Source of the DNA: Octopus sinensis
Lineage: Eukaryota
Length of the DNA stretch: 64,000 bases
Assembly: GCF_006345805.1 (NCBI RefSeq)
Contig: NC_043001.1
Location: 88,536,001 to 88,600,000, forward strand
Direction of reading: 5' to 3'
Every line of letters starts with the position of its first letter. Position 1 is the stretch's first letter. Both the position numbers and the translations under genes were made by a program. Below the pieces are notes generated by a model that had not been told where the DNA came from, made no database searches, and saw only the letters and a program-made list of their open reading frames with translations. This document shows, piece by piece, positions 13,067 through 26,715 of the stretch.

Positions 13067-13505
13067 CATATATATATATATATGTATATGTATTTATATA
13101 TATATATATAATGGCAGAGGAACTCTTGAGAGTCAATGGCCATCCAATAAATGTCTTAAGGCTGTATCATGCGCAGAGACATAGAAATAATCCGACTGAA
13201 TACCTGATCTCATGGTTAAGCCATTGGGAGTGAAGGACTCCTAGCCTTTGTTAGGGCATCCTTCTAGGAGAAGGTAACTCAGGTAACTGGGATAACTCTG
13301 ACATAAAACCTGCGGCTCAGTGGTTACCGATGATGTTGACTTGTTCTTCTTTTCAGATTATTGCTGCTGTTGCTTAGTGAGTGGGATTGACTCAGTGCAC
13401 AGCCTTTCTTCACTTTAAAAAAAATCTTCTTGCACAGGCATTGCACAATAACAACATTGATTAAGCTTTGTGCAATGGCCATACTGGATAACAAGGGGGC
13501 AGCCA

Positions 13506-13509
<4 letters not shown>

Positions 13510-13540
<31 letters not shown>

Positions 13541-13688
13541 TTATATATAAAAATGTGTACATATATATATGTATATAAATGTGTACATATATATATATGT
13601 TTATATGTATATATATATATATATGTTTATATATATATATATATATATATATATGTTTATATATATTATATTATATATATATATATAT

Positions 13689-13731
<43 letters not shown>

Positions 13732-13736
13732 TATGT
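13510..13736. repeat. TA-rich microsatellite
   Basis: Directly visible. Confidence 0.9.
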
Positions 13737-13737
13737 G

Positions 13738-13915
13738 GACATCATCATCATCGTTTAGCGTCCGTTTTCTATGCTAGCATGGGTTGGACGGTTCAACTGG
13801 GGTCTGTGAAGCCGGTAAGGCTTCATCAGGCCTAGTCAGATCTGGCAGTGTTTCTACGGCTGGATGCCCTTCCTAATGCCAACCACTCCGTGGGTGTAGT
13901 AGGTGCTTTTTACGT
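13738..13915 (-). mobile_element. RTE 3' UTR/tail fragment
   Basis: Reverse complement of the 30640-30820 sequence, with (GAT)n tail. Confidence 0.8.
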
Positions 13916-14029
13916 GATACATATATAGTGTGTGCATGAGAATGGGGGCTGGTGATCTTGATGTGTGTGTGTGCGTCTGTAATGTGTAGGTGTGTCGATG
14001 ACACTTTTTTTTATAACATAAATAAAGAA

Positions 14030-14715
14030 ATGGAATTAAATGCAGGTGTTATTCAAATCTTTATACTTCCAACATATGTTGGTATTATTCCTGTGGGAAT
14101 AAAAATGATGTAAAACAATGTAATCATCTCATCAGGGAAAAAAGAGAAACAAAACACATCAATAAGCCATTTTAACTGAATGTGATTACCATGTTTATGA
14201 TGTTGTTTTTAAAGAACTATTAATAGATTTAATGTCAAAAGCAATTGAGAGAAAGAGGAGGAGAAAGAAAGAAATTAACAGAAAATTAAGAGTGGAGAAA
14301 TATAGTGCGATAGATAAGTGGAAATAAATCTTAAAGGCGTGTAAATAGATTTACGTAGGGGAAATGAAATGTAAGATGGTCAAAAGTCGAAATTTATAGA
14401 TTGGTAGAAACTACTTATAGCAACTAAAGGTATGTTTTTGCCAATCTTTGCAAAGATAAATACGTTCTCTTTCTCTAAATTGCCTTTGACATTAAATCTA
14501 TTAATGGTTTTTTTTTTAAAGATAAGTGTTCCCTTCATAATATACGCATTAGTCACATTAGGTTAAAATGGCTAATTAATGTGTTTTATTTCTTTTTCCC
14601 TTACAAAGTGATTACCATGTTTTACATCATTTCTTCCCTCAGAATAATACCAATGTTTTCATTGAAACGTATGTTGGAAATATAAAGATTTGAATAGCAT
14701 CTCTATTTAACATCA
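14030..14715. mobile_element. MITE-like long imperfect inverted repeat
   Basis: 14044-14080 pairs with 14666-14702 and 14220-14257 pairs with 14467-14504; ~200-bp spacer; partial extra copy at ~14840-14900. Confidence 0.75.
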
Positions 14716-14738
14716 TTTATTAATCTCTCTCTCTCCCA

Positions 14739-14833
<95 letters not shown>

Positions 14834-15099
14834 TATGAATATGTATTTAGGAAAATAATGTATCATCTCGTCAGGGACAAATGAGAAACAAGAAACATAT
14901 AATATTTATATATATAGTATTTGTGTGTATATATATATATATAAAATATGTGTATATATATGCATATATATATATTATTTATATATAAATGTATATATGA
15001 ATACATATTTATGTTATTTATAAATGTATATATATAGTATCTCTCTCTCTCTTCTCTCTATATATATTATATATATATATATATAATTATATATATATT

Positions 15100-16004
15100 A
15101 AATTCACTTCTAGCAACGTCAATTACTGCGTCCCCTGGTCTTTCTGTCCTTATCTGTACATTGGTCAAATGGATGTCGTCTACCTCACCGGTTCGGAGCA
15201 CCTCCGGGGCATTAGACTCAGCAATTACACCCTGGTATCATGTCATTTCTGCTCTACTGGTGATTCATTACATCACCTGTTTGTGTTTGGATTGTCTTTG
15301 CCATGAACGGGAGTTAATCTTCTGTCGTTGCTCCTTTGCCCCATGTGCTCAACTCCCCACCCCTCTTCATCTGACTCTCCTCCTTTCCTCTTTTCATCTG
15401 ACACGTACTTCCTCTCCTCACCCCTACCCACATTCTCCCTTCATTGATGCCCTTTCCTTCCACACGCCACCCCGACATCTTGCACTCCGACATAACCCAC
15501 ATCAATCTACACCTACACCCACCCCACCCCCACCATCTCACCGCATCCCACATCATCACATCCAAATCCACACCCCACCTTCACATCCCCAATCCCAACT
15601 GCGCCATACTACTACACCACATCACACCACCACACACACTAGCACTGGCCAACTTACACAAGCACACATCCACATGTCAAAGACACCAGCTCCTATCTGC
15701 ATGCACACACTTACTCTCATATACACACATGTATGCGCACCATCCTTTTGGAATCACCAGTACTTTATTATCTTCCCTTCTTCCTTGCTCTCCTGTCTAA
15801 CTACCTTTGTCCAACTAGTTGCCATGATTGACAGCTAACTCCACAAGTTCTTTTATTCTCTCTCTGTTTATTTCCTTGTATTCCTTTCTGTTGAAGAGCG
15901 TAGGCTCAAAACATAAAAGACTTTCTCACCTTCCAGAGCATCAGACTAATACACTGTTGTTGTTTATACACCTCTCTTCTCCTTTTTGTTTTTCTGTACA
16001 TTTC

Positions 16005-16008
<4 letters not shown>
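15100..16008 (+). mobile_element. Penelope-like element 3' fragment (GIY-YIG remnant + 3' UTR), tandem copy A
   Basis: Near-identical to copy B (period 1148 bp); frameshifted GIY-YIG remnant; ends in (TA)n. Confidence 0.8.
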
Positions 16009-16058
<50 letters not shown>

Positions 16059-16187
16059 GTATATACATATATATATGTATATACATATATATATGTATGT
16101 GTATATATATGCATATATATATATTATTATATTATAAATTGTATATATGAATACATATTTAGTTATTTATAAATGTATATATATAGT

Positions 16188-16247
<60 letters not shown>

Positions 16248-16250
<3 letters not shown>

Positions 16251-17152
16251 TTCACTTCTAGCAACGTCAATTACTGCGTCCCCTGGTCTTTCTGTCCTTA
16301 TCTGTACATTGGTCAAATGGGATGTCGTCTACCTCACCGGTTCGCTGAGCACCTCCGGGGCATTAGACTCAGCAATTACACCCTGGTCTCATGTCATTTC
16401 TGCTCTACTGGTGATTCATTACATCACCTGTTTGTGTTTGGATTGTCTTTGCCATGAACGGGAGTTAATCTTCTGTCGTTGCTCCTTTGCCCCATGTGCT
16501 CAACTCCCCACCCCTCTTCATCTGACTCTCCTCCTTTCCTCTTTTCATCTGACACGTACTTCCTCTCCTCACCCCTACCCACATTCTCCCTTCATTGATG
16601 CCCTTTCCTTCCACACGCCACCCCGACATCTTGCACTCCGACATAACCCACATCAATCTACACCTACACCCACCCCACCCCCACCATCTCACCGCATCCC
16701 ACATCATCACATCCAAATCCACACCCCACCTTCACATCCCCAATCCCAACTGCGCATACTACTACACCACATCACACCACCACACACACTAGCACTGGCC
16801 AACTTACACAAGCACACATCCACATGTCAAAGACACCAGCTCCTATCTGCATGCACACACTTACTCTCATATACACACATGTATGCGCACCATCCTTTTG
16901 GATCACCAGTACTTTTTACTTTCCCTTCTTCCTTGCTTCCTGTCTAACTACCTTTGTCCAACTAGTTGCCATGATTGACAGCTAACTCCACAAGTTCTTT
17001 TATTCTCTCTCTGTTTATTTCCTTGTATTCCTTCTGTTGAAGAGCGTAGGCTCAAAACATAAAAGGACTTTCTCACCTTCCAGAGATCAGACTAATACAC
17101 CTGCTTGTTGTTTATACACCTCTCTTCCTCTTTTGTTTTTCTGTACATTTCA
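16248..17152 (+). mobile_element. Penelope-like element 3' fragment (GIY-YIG remnant + 3' UTR), tandem copy B
   Basis: ORF 16173..16457 contains FTSSNVNYCVPWSFCPYLYIGQMGCRLPHRFAEHLRGI...VSCHF, a decayed PLE GIY-YIG; decayed hammerhead at 17030-17066. Confidence 0.85.
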
Positions 17153-17153
17153 C

Positions 17154-17187
<34 letters not shown>

Positions 17188-17265
17188 ATATACATTATAT
17201 ATATATATATATATCTATGTATATATACATATATATATGTATGTGTATTATATATATATATATAT

Positions 17266-19758
17266 AGCTCCTGCCCACGGCGTGGTCAGGTTGGAAGAGA
17301 GATCAAAAGAAAAATACCACGAAAACTATCACCACCACAACAACCCTCCTCTTCTCAGGCGCCGAATCCCCCCCGTCCCCCCCACATCTCCTTCCCAGTT
17401 TTCAGAGTTGGCACTATCAATGTTGGTACATTGACAGGCAAGTCTAGTGAGATTGTAGAGATGCTAGAGAGAAGACAGGTTGATGTATGCTGCATACAAG
17501 AGGCAAGATGGAGAGATGCTTCGGCTAGGGTCCTCACGGGCAAGGCACTTAGGTACAAACTCTACTGGCAAGGTAACGCGGAAGGTGTAGGGGTTGTAGG
17601 CATTCTCCTTGCGGAGGAATGGGTGGATAAGGTCATAGAGGTTGTCAGGGTTTGTGATAGAGTGCTTAAGCTCAGGTTGGTCCTACAGAGTGGCACAGCT
17701 ATGATTATCTCAGCCTATGCCCCACAAGCGGGACTACCAAATGATCAGAAGGACAACTTTTATGATACCCTCTGCAGGCTACTTCAAAGACTAGTAACAA
17801 GGACCTCATCTTTGTAGGTGGAGATTTTAATGGGCATGTTGGGCGGGAATCGGGTATCTTCACTGGGGTACATGGTGGCTATGGTATTGGCACCAGAAAT
17901 GATGAGGGAACTAGACTGCTGGAATTCTGTGATGCATGTAACCTTTCAATCTGCAACACTAACTTCAAGAAGCCAGTCTGCCACCTTATAACTTATCAGT
18001 CAGGAGACTCCGCTAGCCAAATAGACTTCATCCTCACCAGACAACGGGATGCAGGGTTGCTCTTGAATACAAAGACCTCCCGGGTGAAGAATGTATCCCT
18101 CAGCATAGACTAATCATCAGTGACTTTAAGCTTGAGGCCAGAAGGACTCCAAGAAACAAACCAATCCAGAAAAGAAGGATTTGGAGGCTAAAGAACCCTT
18201 CGCATGGTCAGAAATTTAGGGACATACTCATCAAGAAATTTGATGAGAGGGAGGAGGAGCTTCAGACGTCAGACATAGAAGGTAGCTGGGATTCCTACGG
18301 GACAGCTTGTTGAGTGCCACAGACCAAGTCTGTGGATGGTGCAAAGTCCCTTCCAGACCTAGAATTACGTGGTGGTGGAATAGTGCAGTAGATAAAGCCA
18401 TCTGTGAAAAGAGACGGGCCTGGAAAGCCTGGAAGGATGGGGGCAGCAGGGAACTGTACCAGATAGCCAAAAGGGAGGCTGGGCGGCAGGTATACATTGC
18501 CAAAGATGTAGCAGAAAAGAAGAAGTTTGCCAATGTCCAGCGTCGCGAGGATCAAAGAGCTGAAGTATTTCGGATTGCCAGACAGTGTGTCAGAGAAAAT
18601 AGCGATGTTATAGGAGAGAAATGTGTCCGCATGGATGATGGGGCACTTGCTTTTATTACTAGTGAAAAGAAAGAGGCTTGGAGAAGCCATTATGAAAGAC
18701 TGCTGAATGAGGAGAATGAATGGGAGGAGGAGAGCCTGCCAAATGTTGACCCAGTAGAGGGACCAGCTACCCGAATAGACAGCTCCCTTGTAGATAAGGC
18801 AATTAAGGATATGAAACCAGGCAAAGCCCCTGCCTATCAGGAATCACTGCTGAGATGCTTAAAACAGCTGGCTATGTGGGCTATGCCATAGTCACCCGCA
18901 TTGTAAACCAGGTAGTTCACAATGGAGTCATACCCAATGACTGGTGCAGCAGCACCATAGTCAACTGCTACAAGGGTAAGGGTGATGCTCTAGATAGAAA
19001 TAACTACAGAGGCATCAAACTGTTGGACCAGGTGATGAAGGTCTCAGAGAAGGTCATAACCAATCTCATTAGGGAGAGAATTTGTTTAGATGAAATGCAG
19101 TTCGGTTTTGTACCAGGTAGAAGCACCACTGATGCTATATTCCTGGTCCGACAACTGCAGGAGAAGTACCTAGCTAAAGATAAACCCCTCTACATAGCTT
19201 TTGTAGACTTGGAGAAAGCCTTTGACAGGGTTCCCCGTTCCCTTATCTGGTGGTCGATGCGGAAACTGGAGATTGAAGAATGGCTAATAAGGGCTGTACA
19301 GGCTCTACAGAGAGGCTGTCAGCAAGGTTAGGATTGGCAACGAATATAGTGAGAATTCCGGGTAGAAGTAGGTGTGCACCAGGGCTCAGCCCTCAGTCCC
19401 CTTTTATTCATCATAGTCCTTCAGGCAATAACAGAGGAATTCAAAACGGGATGCCCCTGGGAGCTCCTCTAAGCCGATGACCTAGCTCTCATAGCAGAAT
19501 CACTACCGGAACTAGAAGAGAAATTTTCGGGTGTGGAAGCAAGGGTTGGAATCAAAGGGCCTTAGAATAAATGTAGCAAAGACCAAAGTATTAGTAAGCG
19601 GCAAGAGGTACTCAGCACACACCCCCTCGGGTAGGTGGCCCTGCTCAACCTGTAGGAAAGGTACAGGTAGAAACTCCATAAATGCACCCAATGTAAGTTA
19701 TGGACACATAAGAGGTGCAGCAACATTATAGGGGAATTAACAGATAAGATAGCTTTCA
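17266..19758 (+). mobile_element. RTE LINE, APE + RT, frameshifted; cut by assembly gap
   Basis: VGTINVGTLTGKSSEIVEMLERRQVDVCCIQE (APE), GDFNGHVG, NYRGIKLL, QFGFVPGRSTTDAIF, FVDLEKAFDRV (RT), split over several ORFs. Confidence 0.92.
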
Positions 19759-19858
19759 NNNNNNNNNNNNNNNNNNNNNNNNNNNNNNNNNNNNNNNNNN
19801 NNNNNNNNNNNNNNNNNNNNNNNNNNNNNNNNNNNNNNNNNNNNNNNNNNNNNNNNNN
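19759..19858. other. Assembly gap (100 N)
   Basis: Run of exactly 100 N, a typical placeholder of unknown size. Confidence 0.99.
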
Positions 19859-19890
19859 GTTGTGTTTTTTGTGCTTTCATGTTCAGATTA

Positions 19891-19936
<46 letters not shown>

Positions 19937-20012
19937 TATATAAATTATATATATATATATTATAGCTATATATATATATATAACACACACACATATATAT
20001 ACTTATATACAT

Positions 20013-20044
<32 letters not shown>

Positions 20045-20555
20045 GTGGAGGTGCAATGGCCCAGTGGTTAGGGCAGCGGACTGACAGTCGTAGGATCGCG
20101 GTTTCGATTCCCAGACCGGGCATTGTGATTATTTATTGAGCGAAAACACCCAAAGCCCCATGAGGCTCCGGCAGAGAGTGGTGGTGAACCCTGCTGTATT
20201 CTTTCACCACAACTTTCTCTCACTCTTTCTTCTTGTTTCTGTTGTACCTGTATTTCAAAGGGCCAGCCTTGTCACACTCTGTGTCACGCTGAGTCTCCTC
20301 GAGAACTACATTAAGGGTACATGTGTATGTGGAGTGCTCAGCCACTTGCACGTTAATAAATGAGCTGCGACGTCAATGATGCCAAGCTGTATCGGCCTTT
20401 GCCTTTTCCTTGGGTAACATTGGTGGTGCGGAGAGGGGAGGCCGGTATGCGTGGGCGACTGTTGGTCTTTCATAAAGAACCTTGCCCAGACTTGTACCTC
20501 GGAAGGTAACTTTCTAGGTGCAATTTCATGGTCATTTATGACCGAAGGAGGTCAC
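20045..20555 (+). mobile_element. tRNA-derived SINE, composite
   Basis: Box A/B-like head (tggcccagtggttagg; ggtttcgattccc) shared with 55157; last ~200 bp match the tail of the 21832/27030 SINE family. Confidence 0.85.
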
Positions 20556-20929
20556 TAATATATATATATATATATATATATATACAAAATAAGAAAATGG
20601 AGAAATACATCTAAATCATTTATATATACATACTTCATTTTAATAACTCTATCCAAAGAATACGAATCCAGAAGATGCTCTTCTCTAATTTTGCTATTTC
20701 GCTGTACCAGAAGTCGCTATCCTCCGTTATCCTTTGGTTGTCTCCCATGAACACTTCTAAAGGCTTAACGCCATCCGCACCCCTTCTTAGGGTTTATCTC
20801 CTATGTAAGGTAGTGATCATATAACACATTACAATGATGGTGTAGTGTATGCAGGTTGAAGGATATTGTTTGTTTATGAATTCTGCCAAATGCAAGCTAT
20901 CTTTTCAGTTACATGACGCTGCTGTTCCT

Positions 20930-23900
20930 CATCTCAGGGTCTCACAGGCCCACACCTCCCACACCCTCAATGTGGGCATACTGAGAGGTAGGTCTGGTGA
21001 GATTGTTGAGATGCTTGAATAGAGACATGTAAATTTGTGCTGCATCCAAGAAGTAAGGTGGAGAGGAGGTTCCACTAGATTCCTCACAAGCAAAGAACAC
21101 AGGTACAAGATTTTCTGGGCAGGGAACTCTGATGGGGTCAGGGGCATGGGAATACTTCTTGCAGAGAAATGGGTTGATAAGGTAATCGAGGTAGTCAGAA
21201 TATGTGATAGAATACTTCAGATTAAATTAGTGCTACATCATGGGTAACCAACCATTATCTTGGCCTATGCTCCTCAGCGGGGCTACCTGATGGACAGAAA
21301 GATCAATTTTATGACACCCTCTTGCAGACTACCTCGTTGATGAATGACAAGGACCTTCTCTTTGTGGCTGGTGACTTCAATGGAAATGTTGGACAACATG
21401 CAGGGGGCTTCCATGGTGAACATGGAGGCTATGGTTTTGGTTCCTGCAATGAAGAGGGAACCAGGCTGCTGGAGTTCTGCGATGCAAATGATCTTATGGT
21501 TTGCAATACTAACTTCAGTAAATCTGCCAGTCACCTAGTCACCGACCAATCTGGTAGATACACTAGCCAAATTGACTACATCCTCACTAGTAAAAAGATT
21601 TGTGTTATTTCCTGTTGCAAGACAGTGTGTGAGAGAGAATCGTGATGTTATAGGAGAAAAATGTGTCTGCATGGATGATGGTTCACTTGCATTAAACAAG
21701 GCTGCAAAGAGAGAGGTTTGGAGATGCCACTATGAAAGGTTGCTAAGTAAAGAGAATGAATGGGAGAAAGAGAGTCTGATGAATGCTGACCCAACAGAGG
21801 GACCAGCTATCAGAATTTATCATACCTTAGTCTGAGACCCCCTTCGGTCACGACACAGACCATGGGATTGCACCTCGAAAGTTACCCTCCCAGGCACAAG
21901 TCCGGGCAAGGTTGTTTATGGAAGACCAGCAGTCACCCATGCATACTGGCCTCCCCTCTCCACCCCATCAGTGTTATCCAAGAGAAAGGCAACAGCCAAT
22001 ACAGCTTGGCACCTGTGACGTCGCAACTCATTTCTATGGCTGAGTGAACTGGAGCAACATGAAATAAAGTGTCTTGCTCAAGAACACAACACGCAGCCCG
22101 GTCTGAGATTCAAGCTCACAACCTCATGATCGTAAGCTCAATGCTCTAACCACTGAGCCATGTGCCTTCATAGTACCTTAGTAGATAAAGCAATTAAGGG
22201 TTAGAAGACAGGAAAAGCCCCCCCCCCCGGCCCATCAGGAATCACCACAGAGATGCTCAAAATATCTGGCCTAGTCACCCGTATAGTTAACCAGGTGATT
22301 CATGGAGTCATACCCAATGACTGGTGTAGCAGCACCATAGTCAACTGCTACAAAGGTAAAGGTGACGCATTAGATAGAAATAATTACAGAGGCTTCAAGT
22401 TACTGGATCATGTAATAAAGGTCACGGAGAGGGTCATAGCCCAACTAATTAGGCAGAGAGTCAGTCTAGATAAGATGCAGTTTGCGTTTGTGCCAGGGAA
22501 AAGCACCACTGATGCTATATTTCTTGGTAAGACAGCTGCAGGAGAAATACCTTGCCAAAGATAAACCTCTGTACCTAACTTTTGTTGACATGGAGAAAGC
22601 CTTTTACAGAGTCCCCTGATCCCTTATCTGGTGGTCAATGAGGAAACTAGGGATAGATGAATGGTTAGTGAGAGCTGTGCAAGCCATGTACAGGGATGCT
22701 GTCAGTAAGGTGAGTGTTGGCATATGAGTACAGTGAAGAATTCCAGGTTGGGGTAAGGGTCCACCAAGGATCAATCGTCAGCCCCCTCTTATTCCTCATA
22801 GTCCTCCAGGCAATAACTGAGGAATTCAAGACAGGATGCTCCTGGGAGCTTCTCTATGCTGATGACCTTGCTCTAATTGATGAGTCATTATCAGAACTAG
22901 AGGAAAAGTTTCAGGTGTGGAAGCAAAGATTAGAATTGAAGGGCCTTAGAGTCAACTTAGCTAAAACTAAAGTCTTAATAAGTAGGAAGGCAGACAAACC
23001 ACAAATCCTTTCAGGTAGATGGCTCTACTCAATCTTTAGAAAAGGTGTAGGTAGAAACTCCATTAAGATGTGCCCGGTGTAAGCTATGGACGCATAAGAG
23101 GTGCAGCAACATCAAAGGAAGGCTAACTGGGAAGATAGTTTTTGTATGTGGCAGATGCTCAGGAGCAATAAACACTGAAAATGTGCAGAGAACAACTTTC
23201 GCCACATTCCAGGGAGGAAAACTAGAAGTAGTTGATAGCTTCTGTTACCTAGGTTACCAAGTCAGTAGAGGGGAAGTTGCGCTGAAAGTGTAGCTGCTAG
23301 AATAAGAATAGCCTGGGCAAAGTTCAGAGAGCTCCTACCTCTGCTGGTGACAAAGAGCCTCTTGCTCAGAATAAAATGTAGACTGTATGACGCATGTGTA
23401 CGAACATGGCAGTGAAACATGGGCCGTGACTGCTGAGGACATGTGTAAGCTAACAAAGAATGAAACCAGTATACTCCACTGGATGTGTAATGTCAGTTTG
23501 CATACATGACAGAGTGTAAGAGCCTTGAGAGAAAAGTTGGATTTAAGAAGCATCAGATATGGTGTGCAAGAGAGATGACTGCACTGGTATGGTCATGTGT
23601 TGCTAATGAATGAGGACAGTTGTGTGAAAAACTGTCACACCCCAGCAGTTGAGGGAACCTGTGGAAGAGGTTGAGCCAAGAAGACCTGGGATGGGGGTAG
23701 TGAAGCACGACCTTCAAACATTGGGCCTTACCGAGGCAATGACTAGTGACCGAGACCTTTGCTGTGCTTGAGAAGACCTGACAAACCAAGTGAGACCAAT
23801 GCCTGTGGCCTATGCCACTGGTTGTAACCAGCCCACTTATGAGTGCCCCTCATTCATTGGACAATAAACTTTGCTTGCAAAGACCTATTGAGGCAAGTGA

Positions 23901-24388
23901 AATCAAAATCGCTGACGTGGCCGATGGCAGTACTGCCTGATTGGAACTCATGCCAGTGGAACGTTAAAAGCACATTCGAGTGTGGTCGTTGCCAGGGCCA
24001 CAGATTGGCTCATGTGCTGATGGCACGTAAAAAGCTCCATTCGAGTGTGATCTTTGCCAGTGTTGCCTTACTGGCACATGATAAACAATATTCGAGTGTG
24101 GTCATTGCCAGTGCCGCTGGACTTGCTCCCATGCAGGTTGCATGTAAAAAACACCTTTTGAGCGTGGTCATTGCCAGAACCGCCTGACTGGCCCTCGTGC
24201 TGATGGCACGTAAAAGCACCCACTATACTCTCGGAGTGGTTGGCGTTAGGAAGAGCATCCAACTGTAGAAACTTTGCCTGATCAGATTGGAGCCTGGTGC
24301 AGCCTTCTGGTGCATCAGTCCTCAGTCAAACTGTCAAACCCATACCAGCATGGAAAGCAGACATTAAATGACAATGATGATGATGATG
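20930..24388 (+). mobile_element. Degraded RTE LINE (APE, RT, 3' UTR with internal tandem repeats, (GAT)n tail), interrupted by a SINE
   Basis: CCIQEVRWRG, VAGDFNGNVG, NYRGFKLL, ELLYADDLAL motifs; internal deletion near 21597; tail aatgatgatgatg at ~24373-24388. Confidence 0.9.
21832..22173 (-). mobile_element. tRNA-derived SINE nested in RTE, with 9-bp TSD
   Basis: Minus-strand head gaaggcacatggctcagtggttagagc; TSD taccttagt at 21823-21831 and 22174-22182. Confidence 0.88.
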
Positions 24389-24999
24389 GCATACACATAT
24401 ATACACATATATGTATATATATATACACACACGCACACATTCATATATGTGTGTGTGTGTGTGTCCAAACTTTAAATTAGTTGAAATATGTTTTGTGACT
24501 ATTTCAACTTCTAAATGCAAATTTTCTTCTGTTACTATGGAGAAAACTTGTCTCACGTTAAAAGGCCTGTGTTTCTCTGTATCGGATTCCAAGATGCAGT
24601 GTTTCTTGCTCTTTAGCTGTTATTAATAGGAAATACTAAAGAGAGGTAACTCTGCGCATATTTAAAACCATAGCTTTAATTGAAGCTTTTTTTTAATATC
24701 TTTTCTATAAAAGAATTTTTTGTCCCTTGTAACTGCAGTGGATTTTTCATGAGACGTTGAAATATTTCTTGAACATACTTGAACTAACTTAAAGCACACT
24801 TATTCCAGAACACTGCTTGGCACTATTACCCCTGAATATATGTATATAATGATTATAATTATATATGTATATATAATGTATATAATTATATATAATTCCA
24901 GGAAGCAGTGTCTCCATTTTCAGCCATTTCATGGTGTAAGTGTTTATTTCTTCAAATTCCACTGTTAGTTTAAGACTAACACTACACAGCAACACCTTC

Positions 25000-26200
25000 A
25001 AAGAATGAGGATCTGGGAGATAGTGGAGCGTCCTTCTTTAAATCCATTCTGGTCGTTTCAAAGTAAGAGATCAAGGTGTATTCTCATTCTCTTCAGCAGC
25101 ATCGTTATAGATTTTTTTCTGCTATTGCTGTAAGACTAATTCCCCTGTAGTTTACAAATATTGTCTTAGAACTTTCCTGAGAAGATTGTGAAACCCATCA
25201 GCATCATGGACAACAAAACTTTTGCAAAAGTCATTTCTTCTGATGGGGAAACTGACTTTTTAGAAATCAAGGCAGGAGTATTGCAGGTAGATATGCTAGC
25301 TCCATGTTTCTTCATCATTGCTGTTGGCTACATGATGGGATGCACCCTAGAAGTTCTCCAACATCTCAGTTTCACTGTTAAGAGCAACTGCCAGAAATCA
25401 AAACAGACTAGAAAATTGTATCAGTGACACAGACTATGCAGATGATTTATGCCTGCTATCTGATTCTATGTTTGATATCCAGGCATTCCTGGCATGGCTT
25501 ATCCCTGGAGGTGGGACTACACATGAATACCAACAAAATTGAGGTGATTATGTTCAATGCCTTTGGAACTCCCAAATCACTCACTAGAGACAACATAAAA
25601 CAAGTCAAAAACTTCAAATATCTCAGTGCATGATTATCCTCACCAAAGAGAGAACTCGAGATAAGAAAGGCCCAAGCCTAGAATGCCATTAGCAAACTAG
25701 ACAGGACTTGACAGTCATCGTTCTTAAAAAGCCAATAAGTCATGTTCTTCAAAGCAACAGTTGAAAATGGGCTACTTTACAGGTTCAAAACTTGAAACCT
25801 GACAAAACGTTGCAGGAATGACTAGTTGGAGGCTACACCCACTTACTCTGTCATGCACTGAATATTGAATGGCAACACAGGGTGACCAATTAAACCTCTA
25901 CAGGGACCTCTCCCCGATATCAGAGGTGATCAGAACCAGGAGACTCCATTTTTCCGAGCACTGCTACTGAAGCAGGAATGAATGCATCAGGAATGGGTTA
26001 CTCTGAGAACCAACACATGGCCACAAGAGCAATGGTCGACTGGTTACAACCTATGTTAATGGATGAGTGATCGACTATGGCTGTCAGTTCCTGGGTTGAA
26101 GTCAGCAATGGAGGAACATCTGTGCGGATTGAGGAGACTTTATCTAAGAAGATGCAGCAGCTATATTTGGTTGCAACAGTCCAAACAGCTAAGAAAAATA
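25000..26200 (+). mobile_element. Degraded RTE-group LINE of a different family
   Basis: SSDGETDFLEIKAGVLQVDMLAPCFFII, DYADDL and KQVKNFKYLS motifs (ORFs 25188..25427, 25424..25633). Confidence 0.7.
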
Positions 26201-26397
26201 TCCTCCACAGGGCCAGTGTGGTTTCCTGTTGCCTTGTCTTCAATCATTTTGTTGTGTTTTTTTACCTTTAACAGTTTAGTATGGAGTATGAAATACCCAC
26301 TCAAATCTACTTGACCCATTCTACATCAAATTACTTTAAAGATATTGCAACATAGACCACATTACATTTACAGATCCAGCAAATGATCCATTGTGTG

Positions 26398-26448
<51 letters not shown>

Positions 26449-26715
26449 TTAACAACTTGTTACATTTAGTATCTTATTTCAGAGTTGCTCACTCATCATG
26501 TTACTTAGTTCCCTCTACTTCTACAAGTGGAGAGCTTTCATTTCATTAATGTGCTCAATGTAACACACTACTAATGAATTATATTTTCATTGTTTACATT
26601 TGGTTCTTTGAGACTCTTATTTTGGGTTTATATTTCACTTTATGCCTTCCATATCCATTCTAAAGAATCTGTTAGAATCCCTATGTTAGGTGATTTTTTC
26701 CTATATATTATGTAG

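Noticed and set aside
20045-20120. tRNA genes at SINE heads (also 41368, 55157, 22100-22173)
   Set aside because: Only box A/B-like motifs; no complete cloverleaf, and each continues into a SINE body.
23950-24230. CRISPR-like repeat-spacer appearance
   Set aside because: Eukaryotic context, degenerate variable units and location within an RTE 3' UTR; no cas genes.
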